Below the pieces are notes generated by a model. The model made no database searches, was not told the DNA's origin, and saw only the letters and a program-made list of their open reading frames with translations. Shown piece after piece: positions 63,534 to 64,000 of a stretch of 64,000 nt of DNA; the stretch's first letter is position 1, and the number at the start of each line of letters is the position of its first letter. A program made the position numbers and the translations under genes. The stretch spans positions 15,192,001-15,256,000 of the forward strand of contig CM119372.1 in the NCBI GenBank assembly GCA_051294905.1, given 5' to 3'. Origin of the DNA: Botryllus schlosseri (taxonomy: Eukaryota).

Positions 63534-64000
63534 AGCCACGGTCCCACAAAATCGCGATGGACAATAAACCGTTAACCATATTACAATGGAATTGCCGTAG
63601 TATATATAAAAAATTGCCGGAGTTCAAGCATTTTCTATCGACCCTAGATCACAAACCAGATGTTATTCTTTTGCAAGAGACTCACCTAATCGACAAATAT
63701 ACTCCGAAATTACGGGGTTATCGGCTTTACCGACGCGACAAGACGTACGGTTCACAAGGGTGGTCTGGCAGCTTGTGTTGCAGAATCTCTGAGTTGTCGC
63801 GAGGACGTTTCCGTGGCATCGAATTGCTTCGAGTTGATGTGCCTAAGACTTGCCAACATAACTATATGCAACGTCTATATACCTCCCGATTGCACTTTGA
63901 GCCAAGACGACCTCTCTTTCTTGTCATCTTTAGAGTCGCGGTCACTCATTTGTGGTGACTTTAATGCTCACCATTGGGCATGGAGCCATCGCTCAAACCA
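63530..64000 (+). pseudogene. LINE ORF2 N-terminus: APE-type endonuclease, frameshifted near 63755
   Basis: LTILQWNCRS, PDVILLQETHL; after the frame change GGLA..., ICNVYIPP and LICGDFNAHH. ATG overlaps the ORF1 stop (ATGA). Confidence 0.9.

Larger units (their letters stand above)
60635..64000 (+). mobile_element. Non-LTR retrotransposon (LINE, I/Nimb/Jockey-like), 5' part; runs off the window
   Basis: 5' end inferred where host-element homology stops; followed by ORF1 with CCHC knuckles and ORF2 with an APE endonuclease. Confidence 0.88.

Overview
Eukaryotic (animal, probably marine invertebrate; tunicate-like is only a guess) genomic DNA dominated by nested transposons. Host genes: (i) a spliced NLR-like gene on + (candidate exon 42799-42888, NACHT exon 43666-45147, then eight small LRR-like/C-terminal exons to a stop at 56523); (ii) the 3' exons of a paralogue with the same exon structure at 3089-5801. 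Mobile DNA: a very young BEL/Pao LTR element (45368-50073, minus strand) whose single intact 1181-aa ORF lacks RT, RNase H and the integrase catalytic core, and whose PBS position is complementary to its own LTR rather than to a tRNA 3' end (possible self-priming); two decayed hAT transposons with perfect 8-bp TSDs, both inside a CACTG-ended element; the 5' part of an I-group-like LINE at the right edge; a divergent hAT-like transposase relic; a tRNA-like SINE head; and about 15 non-autonomous TIR elements, most with readable TSDs, nested up to three deep. All calls are by eye; no database searches were run.
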